A program made the position numbers and the translations under genes. This document shows, piece by piece, positions 51,116 to 63,214 of a stretch of DNA of 64,000 nucleotides. This DNA is from Rhina ancylostomus. Lineage: Eukaryota. How positions within the stretch are numbered: position 1 is the first letter of the stretch; every line of letters begins with the position of its first letter. Below the pieces are notes generated by a model. It was not told the origin of the DNA, ran no database searches, and saw only the letters and a list, made by a program, of their open reading frames with translations. The DNA is taken from assembly GCA_030265395.1 (NCBI GenBank), contig JARFYF010000017.1, forward strand, positions 42,681,144 through 42,745,143. Reading direction: 5' to 3'.

Positions 51116-51959
51116 CTGCAGTGATGGTGAAAAATTAACTATCACATCTGCCACATACACAAAGCACCCAGGTGAGTCAGAGAGAAATTTACAGACATGT
51201 TCAAAAGTCATTCAATATCTAGTTAGATAGATGCACATCAGGAACTCAATGCAGAGAATATTTTAAATACAGCTGTATGTGCACATATAGGAAATTTAAT
51301 ACACACACTTGATATTCAAAGCAAAGCTTCACAATTAGCAAATACATACACAACATCCAAATAATATCCCAAGTCAAGCTACATGCTAAAGAAAGTCAAT
51401 TCACAGAGCTGCTATCTTTCAAACCTTTGGGATTTCAGACTAAACTGAACAATGTCTGTCCTACAGCTCACTTGCAATTCAAATAAATTTCAACATTATC
51501 CTAATGTGCAAGCTGCTTCCCCATCCATTTTAGCTGCAGTGATTCAAACGTAATGAATTCAAAAATCTGATCTAAGAAATGGAGAGGAAGAGAAGGACCT
51601 TGGCAGTGCATTCTCACCATCCCCAAAAGCAGCAAGATAGGCAGATAAACATATGGGATACCTTTCTTCATTTACTTGAAAAAAAATACAGAAGGGGTCA
51701 CGCCAGACCACTGGTGCACAATATCCATGCTGTGAGCCAAATGTAACCATGGGCCATTTCTGTTTAGCCTGCCTGTTCTCTGCCACTCTCCCACCTCTAG
51801 TTCCTTGCATTCGTTTCCTTAAAGCTGGCTGCAGACTGGCAAGGCCACGTTGAGTAAAAGGTCCGCCAGCCCCATCTCCACAACTACAAAAGACAATTAC
51901 ACAATGTCCCCATGTTTACCAGGCATTAACTATCAAAAAAAGTCAAAAGGTCTATTTGG

Positions 51960-52295
51960 ACAGTGCAATGGAGCCACCAGTAGAGCTGCTCCCTCACAGC
52001 TCCAGTTGCTTGGATTTGTTCCTGGCCCCCTTGTGGTGTTTTCACATTCTCTCCGAGATAGTGGGGGATTCCCTTAGGTACTCCTGTTTCCCACTTTCCC
52101 AAAAATATGTGGGTTGACAAGTTAGTTGCCACTAAGTCACCCCGGTGAAGAGGCGAGTACTAAAATCTGGGCGAATAGGAATGCAAGGAAATTAAAATGA
52201 GATCAGTGTAGGATTGTGTAAATGGGTACTTGATGGTTGGTGGAGATTCAATGGGCCAAAGGGTCTGTTTCCATGTGATATGACTATGACTATGT
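51960..52295 (+). mobile_element. V-SINE (HE1-like) with CR1-type tail
   Basis: V domain gtggtgttttcacattctctcc...gtactcctgtttcccactttcccaaaa; tail gggccaaagggtctgtttccatgtgatatgactatgact. Confidence 0.7.
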
Positions 52296-53399
52296 CCATA
52301 GCAGGTAGTTCAAGTTTTGTGGTAGTACCAGTATATTTAAACAGGTTCAACAAGTTCTGTGGTTTACTCAGCTATTTCAGAGGGCGTATAAAAGACAACC
52401 ACATGGAGTGGGTCTAAAGACATTGGTCACCCAGGCCAGTTAAAAGTGGCAGATTTCCACCCGAGAACCTCAGTGAACCAGATATTTTTGTTTTAGAAAA
52501 CAATCTGGTTAGAGTTCCAAGTCATCTTTGCTAAGACTAGTTGAAGAGTTCTCCTGCTCTTTCTCCCTTCCCCAACACCACCACCACCCCCCCACCCCCC
52601 AGTTGCCTGCTATTAAATATGACCTAGTTTTGTCTTTATCACTTTTTAAAAGAATGAGTTTCAAGGCTCTCCCCACCTTCTTCCTCAAAATATACTCTGC
52701 TCTCTGATTCTGTTAACTTAGGTTAAATCTGGGCTCCCTGAATACTGAACTCTCTACCAAAGTCCTTTTTCATCATTTTTAATCCATTTCAAATATCACT
52801 TTATAAATTTGGTTAAATGGATCCTCAGCATTCCCTGTTACAAAGAAAGCAACCCCACATATCTGAGTTAAAATTCTGCAGTCCTGGCAACATATTCAAA
52901 TTCCTTCACTATTCTATCGTGTATTCTGATCTTTAATGTTGTGTGGTAACCAGAACTGCGCGCAGTGCACTTTCTGGAGCTGAACTGTTGTTTTATATTG
53001 GTCTAGCTCAAAACACAACTTCGCTGCAGGGAAGGCAGATTGACATCTGAAATTGCTCCAAGGATAACTCATGAATGTAGAGATCCTGAAGTTCGAGTGG
53101 TCTCACTGCTTTTACTGCTACTGAGCACAGATGTTGGGGTCCTTTGAGAATTCAGTGTCTGAGCACCAATTTCTCTTGCAGTTCCTTGGTAGATGACTGG
53201 GGAATCTGCCCACTGAACCTGCACCACTGGTGCAGATGCAATGGCATAGAGAAATGACTCAAAGGACATGACCATTTCATCTCATTTAGAATTACTGTGT
53301 GAAATGATCTTGGGTATTCACATTTTTAATTATTCAATTTTTAATTTTTGGAATGGCATAATTATTAGTTGCTTTTAAATATTTTTCTAAATTTAATGT

Positions 53400-54570
53400 C
53401 AGAGACATTAAAGCCTTTTTGACATGGACCAAAGGGATGAATTGCAAAAAGGTGAGATAAGAGCAATTGCCCTTGACATTAAAGAAGCATTTTCCAAATG
53501 TGGCATCAAGAGACTCCTAGACAATGCAAGTCAACAGTCAAAGGGAATACAATCCAATGGTCGGAGTTACACCTTGCACTGTAGCTGAAGGAAGATGCTT
53601 CAGGTATGGTATCAGAGATCAATTATCCCATCCTCAGGTTATTACTGCAGGAGTTCCTCAGGGTAGTACCCCTGGCCTTACCATTTCCAACTGCTCCAAT
53701 GACCTTCCTTCCACAAGATCAGAAGCAAAGACATTTGTATCATGTTCAATTTCATTTGTAACTCTTCAACAAGTGAAGCAGCACTTGCTTGCATGCAGCA
53801 AGACGTAGACAACATTCAAGCATGGGTTGACAAGTGATAAATTATATTTGCTCCACAAAGTGGCAGTGAGACCAAGTCTAAGCACCTATCCTTGATATGC
53901 AGTGGCACTACCATCAAGTCCTCTACCATCAACAAACTGGGCAGGAGGCTCTCCCATTGAGCAGAAACTCAATTGACCAGCCACGGGAATACTGTGGAGA
54001 GAAGTGCAAGTCAGAGTTTTCAGCAAGCAACTTGCCTCCTAATACCCCAAGGCCTTTTCTTCATCTACAACACAAATCAGGAACATGATGGAAAACTCTC
54101 CGTTTGCCAGAAGTGCTGCAATACTCTCAAGCAGAGCATCACCATCCAGGAGAAAGCAACCCACTCAATTATCACTCAATCAACCTCCTTCAAGGGTCAA
54201 TTCTTCCACCACCAGCATACAATGGCTCAGTGGAATGGCTGCAATTTTGTACCATTTACAAAATACACTGCAAATCATTCACCCAGATTACTCTGACCGC
54301 ACCTCCAAACCCACGAACTCTAGGGCCAAAAAGGACAAGGATGGCTGGTACATGGGAACAACATTACATGAAGTTTGTCCTCCAAGCTGCATGCCATTCT
54401 TCTTGGAAATACATCACTGGTTCCAAACCCTAGAACCTTTCCCCCAACTGCACTTGGAAAATATCATCATCGGAAGGGCAGCTACAGATGAAAGTGACAG
54501 CTCACCTTCAAGGGGATGGACAATAAATGAATGTGATGCCCAGATCACAAAAATGAATATTAAAAAAAAC
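53400..54570 (+). mobile_element. Decayed LINE RT and 3' tail (family A)
   Basis: ITAGVPQGSTPG...NDLPS (ORF 53524); tail aaggggatggacaataaatg. Confidence 0.75.
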
Positions 54571-55161
54571 TTGGATGTGTACCAAGTGCTGTAACCTGCA
54601 GGAATATAGACAAAACTATAAAGTTGAATTCAGGAGAATAATTCTCTTAGCTGACACAAACAAAATGACAAGCTCCAACATTGTAAATTTCTATTATTTC
54701 ATAGAAAGCTTTACATTTAATACAGAAGTATGAATACAGGAAATTTCATTTCCTTTTCCCTACTCTTATCTTTTTCTTTTACTCTACTTTGACCTTTTCC
54801 TTTCAGCTCTCAATTGTACAGTCACATATTCAGATGTGGAAAGATCAGCATTTGAAAACTGTGACAGCATCTGTTTCAACAACAAAGGGCTTCAGTGACA
54901 CCACCTATAAACTCTCCAATGACAGAACAAATTGAAAGTTTTAAGTCATCTTGGGGGAGTGGACTTGAAAGAAATGCGGTCCTTCTCTCTCATCAGTAAA
55001 ACACAACCACGCTTCCTCTCACCCACCTCCCTAATATTACTCTGGATCTGCACAGTATTAGCTAGAATCACTGTTTTGTTGAAATGTTAGAGACTATGTA
55101 ACTCCATTTGCCAATAACCCTTTTGATTTTGAACAAAAATGAAGATTTACAACTGTCTGAC

Positions 55162-55276
55162 CTGCAACTGTTTACGTAACTTTGAGCACTCATCGGTTAA
55201 AAACTGCAGTTGGAGACGACATTGTGCAGATTCCAGCTCTGCTTTATGGCGCAACATTTGCTCTTTCTCCAGATCA
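55162..55276 (-). CDS. RFWD3: RFWD3 exon, coiled coil
   Basis: ggacag|T GAT ... TTG CAG|gtcaga, 115 nt; [38 protein letters not shown]. Confidence 0.95.
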
Positions 55277-55449
55277 CTGTCCGGGAAAAGGAATGGAAAA
55301 AGTCAATACAAAAAATACACATTAAGGAAATCCAAAGAGGAAAAATGAAAGTTAAATTACATGAATTTTAAGGGAGCATGACAAGCTCATAATAAAATTT
55401 ATATTCAATACTTTGGACTAGGAAGGAGGTACTTTTTTTTATTCTTTCA

Positions 55450-55640
55450 GAATTTCAGATCATCCTGAAGTGCTTTACAACCAATGAATTACTCTGTCAC
55501 TAAAGTAGAAAGTACAGTAGCCAATTTGCAAACAGCAAACGATCACAAATAATGTGAAAATCAGCATATTCTGTTTTTTGCCATGTTACTTAAAGTATAA
55601 TGATTGGTCAGGATGATAAGAACAATGGAAATATTGGAGC
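55450..55640 (-). mobile_element. Deu-SINE relic
   Basis: aagtgctttacaaccaatgaa...cagtagccaatttgcaaacagcaa, the reverse complement of the Deu domain and tail. Confidence 0.6.
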
Positions 55641-56033
55641 TCTTTTGCTAGGCCACTTCAAGGAGTAATTAAGGATCAACTGCACTGGTGTGGGGCAAGA
55701 GGCGAATGCGTACAGGTTGCTCCTTTAAGACGATCCAGCAGCTGTGGTACTTAACTTTTTTTAAATTTACAAATTTTTCACCCTTATTCAAATACTCACA
55801 CTATAAGGGCTGAGTTTAGTTTCTCTAGACATCTGGTATACTATAACTAGGTTTAATTTGAATATTCTTTTGACACCGGATCATTTTGTTTAATTACTAT
55901 GGCTTTTATTGACTTTCTCCACAACCTCGAATACTCATCATTCCCCATTGCTGCTTGGTAGCCTGGCTGCTGAAGTAAGGCAGTCTTTTGTAACAAGTGG
56001 AAAAAAAGAAATTGTCACACCATTGGTGCATAC

Positions 56034-56125
56034 CTCTTTAATCGCTCCTGTTCACTGGTATCCACAGCTTTCAGTACTTTGGCATACAGCAACACCACAT
56101 CTGATCTCTTAGCTTTCTTATTACA
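56034..56125 (-). CDS. RFWD3: RFWD3 exon, end of RING and start of coiled coil
   Basis: ttttgcag|TGT ... AAG AG|gtatgc, 92 nt; [30 protein letters not shown]. Not in the ORF track; translated by hand. Confidence 0.95.
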
Positions 56126-57034
56126 CTGCAAAATCCAAACAAAATCTTTTAGCACAGTTCTATTCAGTAATTATAATCGGTCTCAATTTTCTTTGTAAAC
56201 CAACTTTGGCATCACAAAGCAACATTAAAAACTCTTGTTCCACTGCCATCCCTCTATAAATATCCTTTGCCAATACCGTCTGCAAAATTTATAATTCCTC
56301 TGGCATTTTAGCCACTTCCATTTCCAGACACCATGGTAAACTTGATTTCTGCTGTTCCATGGTGCTAAGTAAACCCAACCCTGAACTTTGACATAATTAC
56401 AGACTCACCATCAAAAAGAAAATGGAATTTTGATTTTTCCCAAATTACTCTTATTTTGCCTGCAAAGTAGAGTACCAGGTCAGTTGGAGAGCCAGCCCAA
56501 CCCAACCTAAGATGAACCACAAGAGATCTTCAGACCATGTTTCAATTATCAATGGCTGCTCCATGCATTCATAACCAAGTCTTGATGAAACGTGTTGTCG
56601 TCAGGAACATAAACAGGAAAGGAGATCACAAGGCCCTTTAAACTTGCTGTCATTCAGCATGACTACGGTTGAACCTCTATCCCAGTTCCACTTTTCTAAT
56701 CTATTCCTATCATTATGATAGTTAAAAATGTCAATCATCCTTTTGAATCCACGCATTGCCTAAAGAGCCACAGCTTTCAGACAGAGATTTAAAAACCTGA
56801 AAGGTGCATTTCTCATTTCCATGCTCTATGAAGCTATTCTTTCTGTTCAGATAAAACAGCAACTATGAACCTAACCTAATCAGCACACCAAGAACTGTAT
56901 CAGTGTATCAATGGAATCAACCCATTGTGTTTTTGTTCTTTTAAAAAAGAGAATACAAGCCCATTATACTTCCTTGGAACCTCTTAAGATGCAAATTCTT
57001 GCAAGTCACCCCCAACACCATGCTGCAGATTTAC

Positions 57035-57262
57035 CTGTGGACATTTTCCTCCCTGTCCCCTCAGCCACCGGTCAATGCAGGTGAACCCAAAAAGATGGCC
57101 ACATCGCAGAGCAGCAAGACGATGCTCTCCTGCATTAGTCCATGGCTCAAAACAGATTGAACAAGTATCCCCCTCATCATCAGAGACTGCACTGGCAGCC
57201 TGTGGACTTGGTTCATCTTTTTTCACGTTTAACACTTCTTCGGAATGTGAGGCCAGGCTCTC
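57035..57262 (-). CDS. RFWD3: RFWD3 exon encoding most of the RING finger (C3HGC3 type)
   Basis: cctttag|GAG ... CCA CAG|gtaaat, 228 nt; [48 protein letters not shown]. Confidence 0.97.
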
Positions 57263-58334
57263 CTAAAGGCAAAATATTCAGAGAGATGGATATGAATAAA
57301 ATGTCCATTACAGAGCCATTTTGTTCTAGTATAAGACAGCACAAGAACGTACCAAAATTCCAATTATAGTTGCAAATACTTCTTTATTATGGTTTATTAA
57401 GTACGAGAATACCCTTCAACCTCCTGCCTCCATAGGAACTTGGAAAAGTCCTTTTGCTCTGTTTCTCTGCTTTGCTTAACATTTTTAAGGACAGTTCTGC
57501 AGTCACAAGGCTAGATGTGTTGAGAGTAGATTGACCAGCCAACTCTAAAGTGCTTGAAGAGGTCTGGATTTTTTGTGCATTCAAGTAAATTGAAAGCAGG
57601 CACATGGAGGGACGAAGTTAAAAAGTACAGGGAATACTGCAGTGAAAAATAAAATGCAATTATAATTCATGAACCTAAAGCTGGTAGCATTCTTATGGGT
57701 CATTCAATTCCTACTGCAGACACTTGAGCATAAAATGTAGTTTCAAGGGCATGTGGGAATGAGCCAAGGGAAAACTTAACTGCTTTTCTGCTATCCAGTT
57801 TAATCTGTATGAAATTGTACTTTGATTGCATTCTTCAATCTTTGAAATTCAAATGGTTTTCAAAATTGGACATTGATAAAAACATTGGTGGCAAATGCAT
57901 GGTTTACTGTAATAAATCTCTGGTCAAACAGCCATTAGCATTGGGATAATGTAATAACTACACCTGAGAATTAAACATTGATAAAGCCACATTTTGATAC
58001 AGCTTTGGAACAAATCTCATGTTGGTAATGATAGAAGTGATGGTAGTTGAGATATTGAGTTTATTCCTGAGATATCATTCATTCTACAGTTACATCAACA
58101 TAACAGTTCATGAATATATCAAAAGAACAAATAGCAAAAATCAGGATCAAATATCACAGATAGCAAGCAGTCCAACGAAATAACTCAATCGAGACACAGG
58201 AGGCCATTCAGCTCCACTTTCCCCATCCACTATCATTCAATTAGATCATGACCAATCTAAACCTTAGTTTCATTTATCTACCTAAAAATCTAATTTTTCT
58301 GCCCTACAGATATTAAATTTCTGTCTGTTATTCA

Positions 58335-58680
58335 GAGAGATGGAGCATGGAAACAGTTCTTCAGGCCACTGATTCCATGCCAACCATGAACTATCCATTT
58401 ACACTAACTTTACACAAAACCCATTTTTTATTCTACACTAATTTTCATCAGCCGCCCTATATTTCACCCCTCACCTGCAGACTGGGGGCAATTCATAGTG
58501 GCCAATTAACCTACCAGCCCACGTTTCTGGGACGTGGGAGGAAATCTGGAGCAGCTAGAAGAAACCCCCACTTGGTCATGGAGAGAATGCGCAAACTCCA
58601 CATAGACAGCACCCAAGGTCAGGATTAACCCAGTTCTTTGGCACTGTGAGGTAGCAGCTCTACTCGCTACAATACTACAT
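58335..58680 (-). mobile_element. V-SINE (HE1-like)
   Basis: tgggacgtgggaggaaatctggagc...gagaatgcgcaaactccacatagacagcacc, the reverse complement of the V domain. Confidence 0.8.
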
Positions 58681-58821
58681 TGCATTAGTTAATTACCACA
58701 GAATTATTAACAATCCAGGTAAACCAAATCACAGAAGAACAAGCTTTTAACCAAACATAATAAGAATTAGAAATCTCAGTGTTAAATTTGTGGACAAAAA
58801 AAAAATTAACAAAAATCTGAC

Positions 58822-58907
58822 CTGCTCTTGATGTGTTGACTGAGATTCCTCGTTCTCAACACTCTGTGCTGGTGTGGGGTTTGCCACTGCCAGGGTACTA
58901 GCTGGAG
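58822..58907 (-). CDS. RFWD3: RFWD3 internal exon, low-complexity linker
   Basis: tttttgcag|CT CCA ... GAG CAG|gtcaga, 86 nt. Phase 1 to 0 exactly bridges the flanking exons; APASTLAVANPTPAQSVENEESQSTHQEQ. Sequence homology itself is weak. Confidence 0.65.
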
Positions 58908-59999
58908 CTGCAAAAACATAGTACACCACATTTGAAGTAATTCTTCGCATTAAAAGAAAATGACTCCTTCAATGAATGGGCACAGAAATAAAGCTGAATG
59001 CAACTCTCAATATCCAATATTAAAACACACTGTTAGTCCCTTTTTCTTCAGAGCATTTTAGCATGCTGTCATTAAAAAGTCATGCAAGCTACAATTACTT
59101 CCATGAAAATGGAAGTGAACGAGTGTGGTTAAATAATTCTCTGATGCAAAAATGTTATAAAATTTATTTTCAGAATGTGAGCATTGCAGACAACTCTGGC
59201 ATTTATTGTCCATCCTGATTTGTCCAAATACAACCGAATTACTTGCTCAGTCACTTCACATCTGCTGTTGGACAGCAGCAACACCTAAGCTAGACCAAGA
59301 TAGATTGGTAGGCTTCCTTTCCTAAAGGCAGTGAGCCAGATGAATTTTTAAACAGTCTGCCAACTTACAGGTTACTACTAAAAGCAGATCAATCTGCCAA
59401 GGTCCAATTTGAGAGAAATCCTCCAAATAAACTACGTAAAGAACAAAGGATTAATCAAACAAAAAACATTTCTTGTTTGGTTTAACTAACATGATCTAAA
59501 GACATTTTTCTCATCTTTTTCAGGCTTGTGAAAGTAATCAGTACAGCAGAAGAGGGCAAAGTAATTGCACCATTCACACTTGACAGATACATTTGGAGCT
59601 AATGAAAGATATTTTATTTCTTAAGGCAACATGGTTGGAATAAGAGAATTTAAAAAGAAAGGTAAATAATTGGGTCCTTGTGATATTAGACTGACAGTGC
59701 TGCTAAATAAAAAGCTGTAGGTGTTACAAGGGATGAAAGTATGTTACATTTACAGACAAAATTGAAGTTTGGAGAAACAGAGGGCGTAGTTAGTTGCTTG
59801 AATTTACATCTGTAAACTGGATGAACAGCAAATAAAATTTAACTAAGAATCAAAAGCATTTGGTTTTAGAAAACAAATCACCACAATAAGTGTCTACCAT
59901 GATTTTAGGATTGTCATCCTGCCTCAAAAGCACCAAACAAATCTAAATGGATTCACTACTAAATACAAGTGTTTGGGAAAGCAGACTGAACTCTACACA

Positions 60000-61589
60000 G
60001 TTCTTGTGCAGCTGAAGTCATCTTCTGTGCTGTGTCAGACCACACTATCACCATATTGAATATTGTTTGATGCTAAACAGATCCAGGAAATCAAAACTGA
60101 GCCACGATGAGGCATTATGGGCTTTCAACAATAAAATTGTATCTTACCACACACTGTAACCTTGTCATCAACCCATCATCATTGCCATCAAGCCAGGGTG
60201 GCAACCTAAATTTAGTGAAGTGTACATGCCAGGAACAGAGTCAGGAATACTAAAAACTAGATGCTACTCTGACGACACAGATGCTGAATTTGAACTGAAA
60301 CAATTACTGTATTTGAAACAACTTGATCCATACCCAATGGATCATTTGAAAGCACTGCAGTCCTGGAGCAGTAGATGATGTTGGACACCTACATCACCAT
60401 CCTCCTTCTGCTAGAGCCAAGCAAGCAAATGCAAAAGAGACTGAAGTGTCAGACTTGGATGAAGCAGTTGCAAATCACCCACAACAGAATACTGAATTAC
60501 TGGCTCAGCCACTTCACATCTGAATAGATGAACTCAATTTCCTTCCTCACCTAAATTTCAGGAATGATTTTTCAGCCAATTCAATTTGGTGATGAAATGG
60601 CAGAGTCCACTGAATACTTCCGAAGTTACAAGTTGCAGCATCAAGGTTATAGCTGAAAATTCGTACAGAAGTAGCTGTACCTCAAGCACAACAGATCCCT
60701 TTTAACCAAAACACTTGTGTCTATCCAAAAATATGGAAAATTGCTTGGGTATGTAATTCACAAAATACAATAAATCCAATATGACCAATTACTGGTTTAT
60801 CCACATACAACTAATTCAAACTGAAGTTCTTGTACACAGTACCATTAAACTGCACTCACTCACCAATAATCTGCTCACACAAAGTTTGGGTTGTACCAGA
60901 ACTACATCACCACACCTCGATAGATTAGGTACAAATTCCAGAGGAGAGAACTGACATCAAGATAGCGTGCAACTAAGGAGGCATCAAGTGAACATAGTAA
61001 AATTTAATACAATTGAAATTAAGGAGAAAACTCACTGGCTGGAGTAATTCCTATCTCAGGGAAAGATACCCATGATTATTCAAATTGCATCTCTGCCTCA
61101 GATCATTGTTGCAGGAGTTCCTCCAAGCAGCCATAGACCATATTCAATTACATCTCCATTCTTTTAGAAGTATTCAGTTCTGATCACAAATCTTCACTTA
61201 AGAACTCCATATCTACTTACAGCAAGATCTGTACAAAGGTGTGAGCAACATTTGCTTGGTAATGATCATCTGCTGTAAGAGTCAATCCACTGTCTCTTGC
61301 CATTCTATAACACCATCATCAATATTCCTCATAGATAACATTTTGGGGATCACAAATGGTTAAAAATTTAACTGGTTCAGCTGCACAAGAACAATTATTG
61401 CAAGTGCAGGTCAGCAGTTGGATGTTCTGTTGGAGGCAATTCATCTCCCAACTCCTCAATACCTTTGCAATATCGACAGAGCACAAGTCAGAGGTGCAAT
61501 GGAATATTTTCTACTTGCCTGGATGGAGACAGCTTTAACACTCAAGCAACTTGACGGCATCCAGGAGAACCAACTAACTTGACTGGTAT
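60000..61589 (+). mobile_element. Heavily decayed LINE fragments (family A)
   Basis: gttgcaggagttcctccaagcag, cacaagtcagaggtgcaatggaatattttctacttgcctggatg, cttgacggcatccagga, all homologous to the 9200-9760 and 53640-54150 copies. Confidence 0.6.
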
Positions 61590-63011
61590 NNNNNNNNNNN
61601 NNNNNNNNNNNNNNNNNNNNNNNNNNNNNNNNNNNNNNNNNNNNNNNNNNNNNNNNNNNNNNNNNNNNNNNNNNNNNNNNNNNNNNNNNNNNNNNNNNNN
61701 NNNNNNNNNNNNNNNNNNNNNNNNNNNNNNNNNNNNNNNNNNNNNNNNNNNNNNNNNNNNNNNNNNNNNNNNNNNNNNNNNNNNNNNNNNNNNNNNNNNN
61801 NNNNNNNNNNNNNNNNNNNNNNNNNNNNNNNNNNNNNNNNNNNNNNNNNNNNNNNNNNNNNNNNNNNNNNNNNNNNNNNNNNNNNNNNNNNNNNNNNNNN
61901 NNNNNNNNNNNNNNNNNNNNNNNNNNNNNNNNNNNNNNNNNNNNNNNNNNNNNNNNNNNNNNNNNNNNNNNNNNNNNNNNNNNNNNNNNNNNNNNNNNNN
62001 NNNNNNNNNNNNNNNNNNNNNNNNNNNNNNNNNNNNNNNNNNNNNNNNNNNNNNNNNNNNNNNNNNNNNNNNNNNNNNNNNNNNNNNNNNNNNNNNNNNN
62101 NNNNNNNNNNNNNNNNNNNNNNNNNNNNNNNNNNNNNNNNNNNNNNNNNNNNNNNNNNNNNNNNNNNNNNNNNNNNNNNNNNNNNNNNNNNNNNNNNNNG
62201 GGGAAGCTACAGAGTAGATTATGGCCTAACAATAGTCCAAGAGAATGTAGCTTTATGAGATTCCCTGGAACCACGTGAAGTATTGTATTGTGTAAATAAA
62301 ATTAACTCAAGCACATTAGTTCAAGTTAAATCAGGTCAGGTCAAAAGCTCAAATACTGAAAAACAAACCAGAGACCTAAAATTTAACTTTACTAAAATAA
62401 AAGGATGTTTCAAACTTCAAGCAATCTACTGAACTTGGTGCCAGCAGGAAAACTTTGGGGCAATAAAATTTCACGTTGAAGTGAGGTTAGGCACATCCAC
62501 TTTTAATGAACCAAACAAGCCTGCTTGATTTTTTTTGTTCCTATATTACTTCAGTGCCACAGAAGTAATCCTGCTCAAATCACCAAGTATTTCAAATAGA
62601 TTAAAATAAGTATCATTAAAGTGTAAATGCAATGAAATGTTTAACAGAATATTTAAACATTCACTACCCTCCCTCAGTTTAGGGAAACAGCAACCAGAAA
62701 TGACCCTGCTGCTACTCAAGCAAGGTAGCAAAATACAACCACCTGCAGTTTCTCACTCTCCCCTCTCCAACTCAGACAGGAATCCTTAGTGAGAGAGAAA
62801 TATAAAAATGTTGTACATAGGTTAGTGCTGAACAATTCCTGATCACAAAGCAGTAAATAGCTGAGAACCAAATACAAACATGGAAAGAAGTTCAATGCAT
62901 ACAAGTCCCCTCCCTGCTAAAAATAAATGTAGGATTCATTAATTGGGTTTATCCTGCAATAACAAGTGAAATTGATTGATGTTAACATTGACATAAAGCT
63001 CCTTAACTCAC

Positions 63012-63214
63012 CAGTGGTTGCCAGAGATTCACTTCCCCCATAGTCATCCTCTATCTCTGTGCTGCTGCCACTCTCCTCTGATTCACTGAGATCAGTGCTC
63101 TGATCGGTGCTTGAATCTTCACTGCTCACATCATCTGCACCATATTGTGCAAGCCGATCCGTTACAGTGCGGTGTTGCCGATTAACCCGAAAGTAGTTAT
63201 CCAGAGCTCCAGAC
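63012..63214 (-). CDS. RFWD3: RFWD3 internal exon, disordered acidic Ser-rich N-terminal region (first exon visible in the window)
   Basis: ttctag|G TCT GGA ... ACT G|gtgagt, 203 nt. Encodes SGALDNYFRVNR...SSEDSSTDQSTDLSESEESGSSTEIEDDYGG, resembling the human LDAYFQVSR plus acidic tract. The phase-1 end fits the next exon. Confidence 0.8.

Noticed and set aside
57035-57165. Missing fifth zinc ligand in the RING (HLFG) as a sign of pseudogenisation
   Set aside because: Gly at this position is the normal C3HGC3 signature of RFWD3, and all exons are open and in phase.
61456-62274. Long ORFs spanning N-runs (also at 6915, 11913, 20126, 44551)
   Set aside because: Artefacts of translating assembly gaps.
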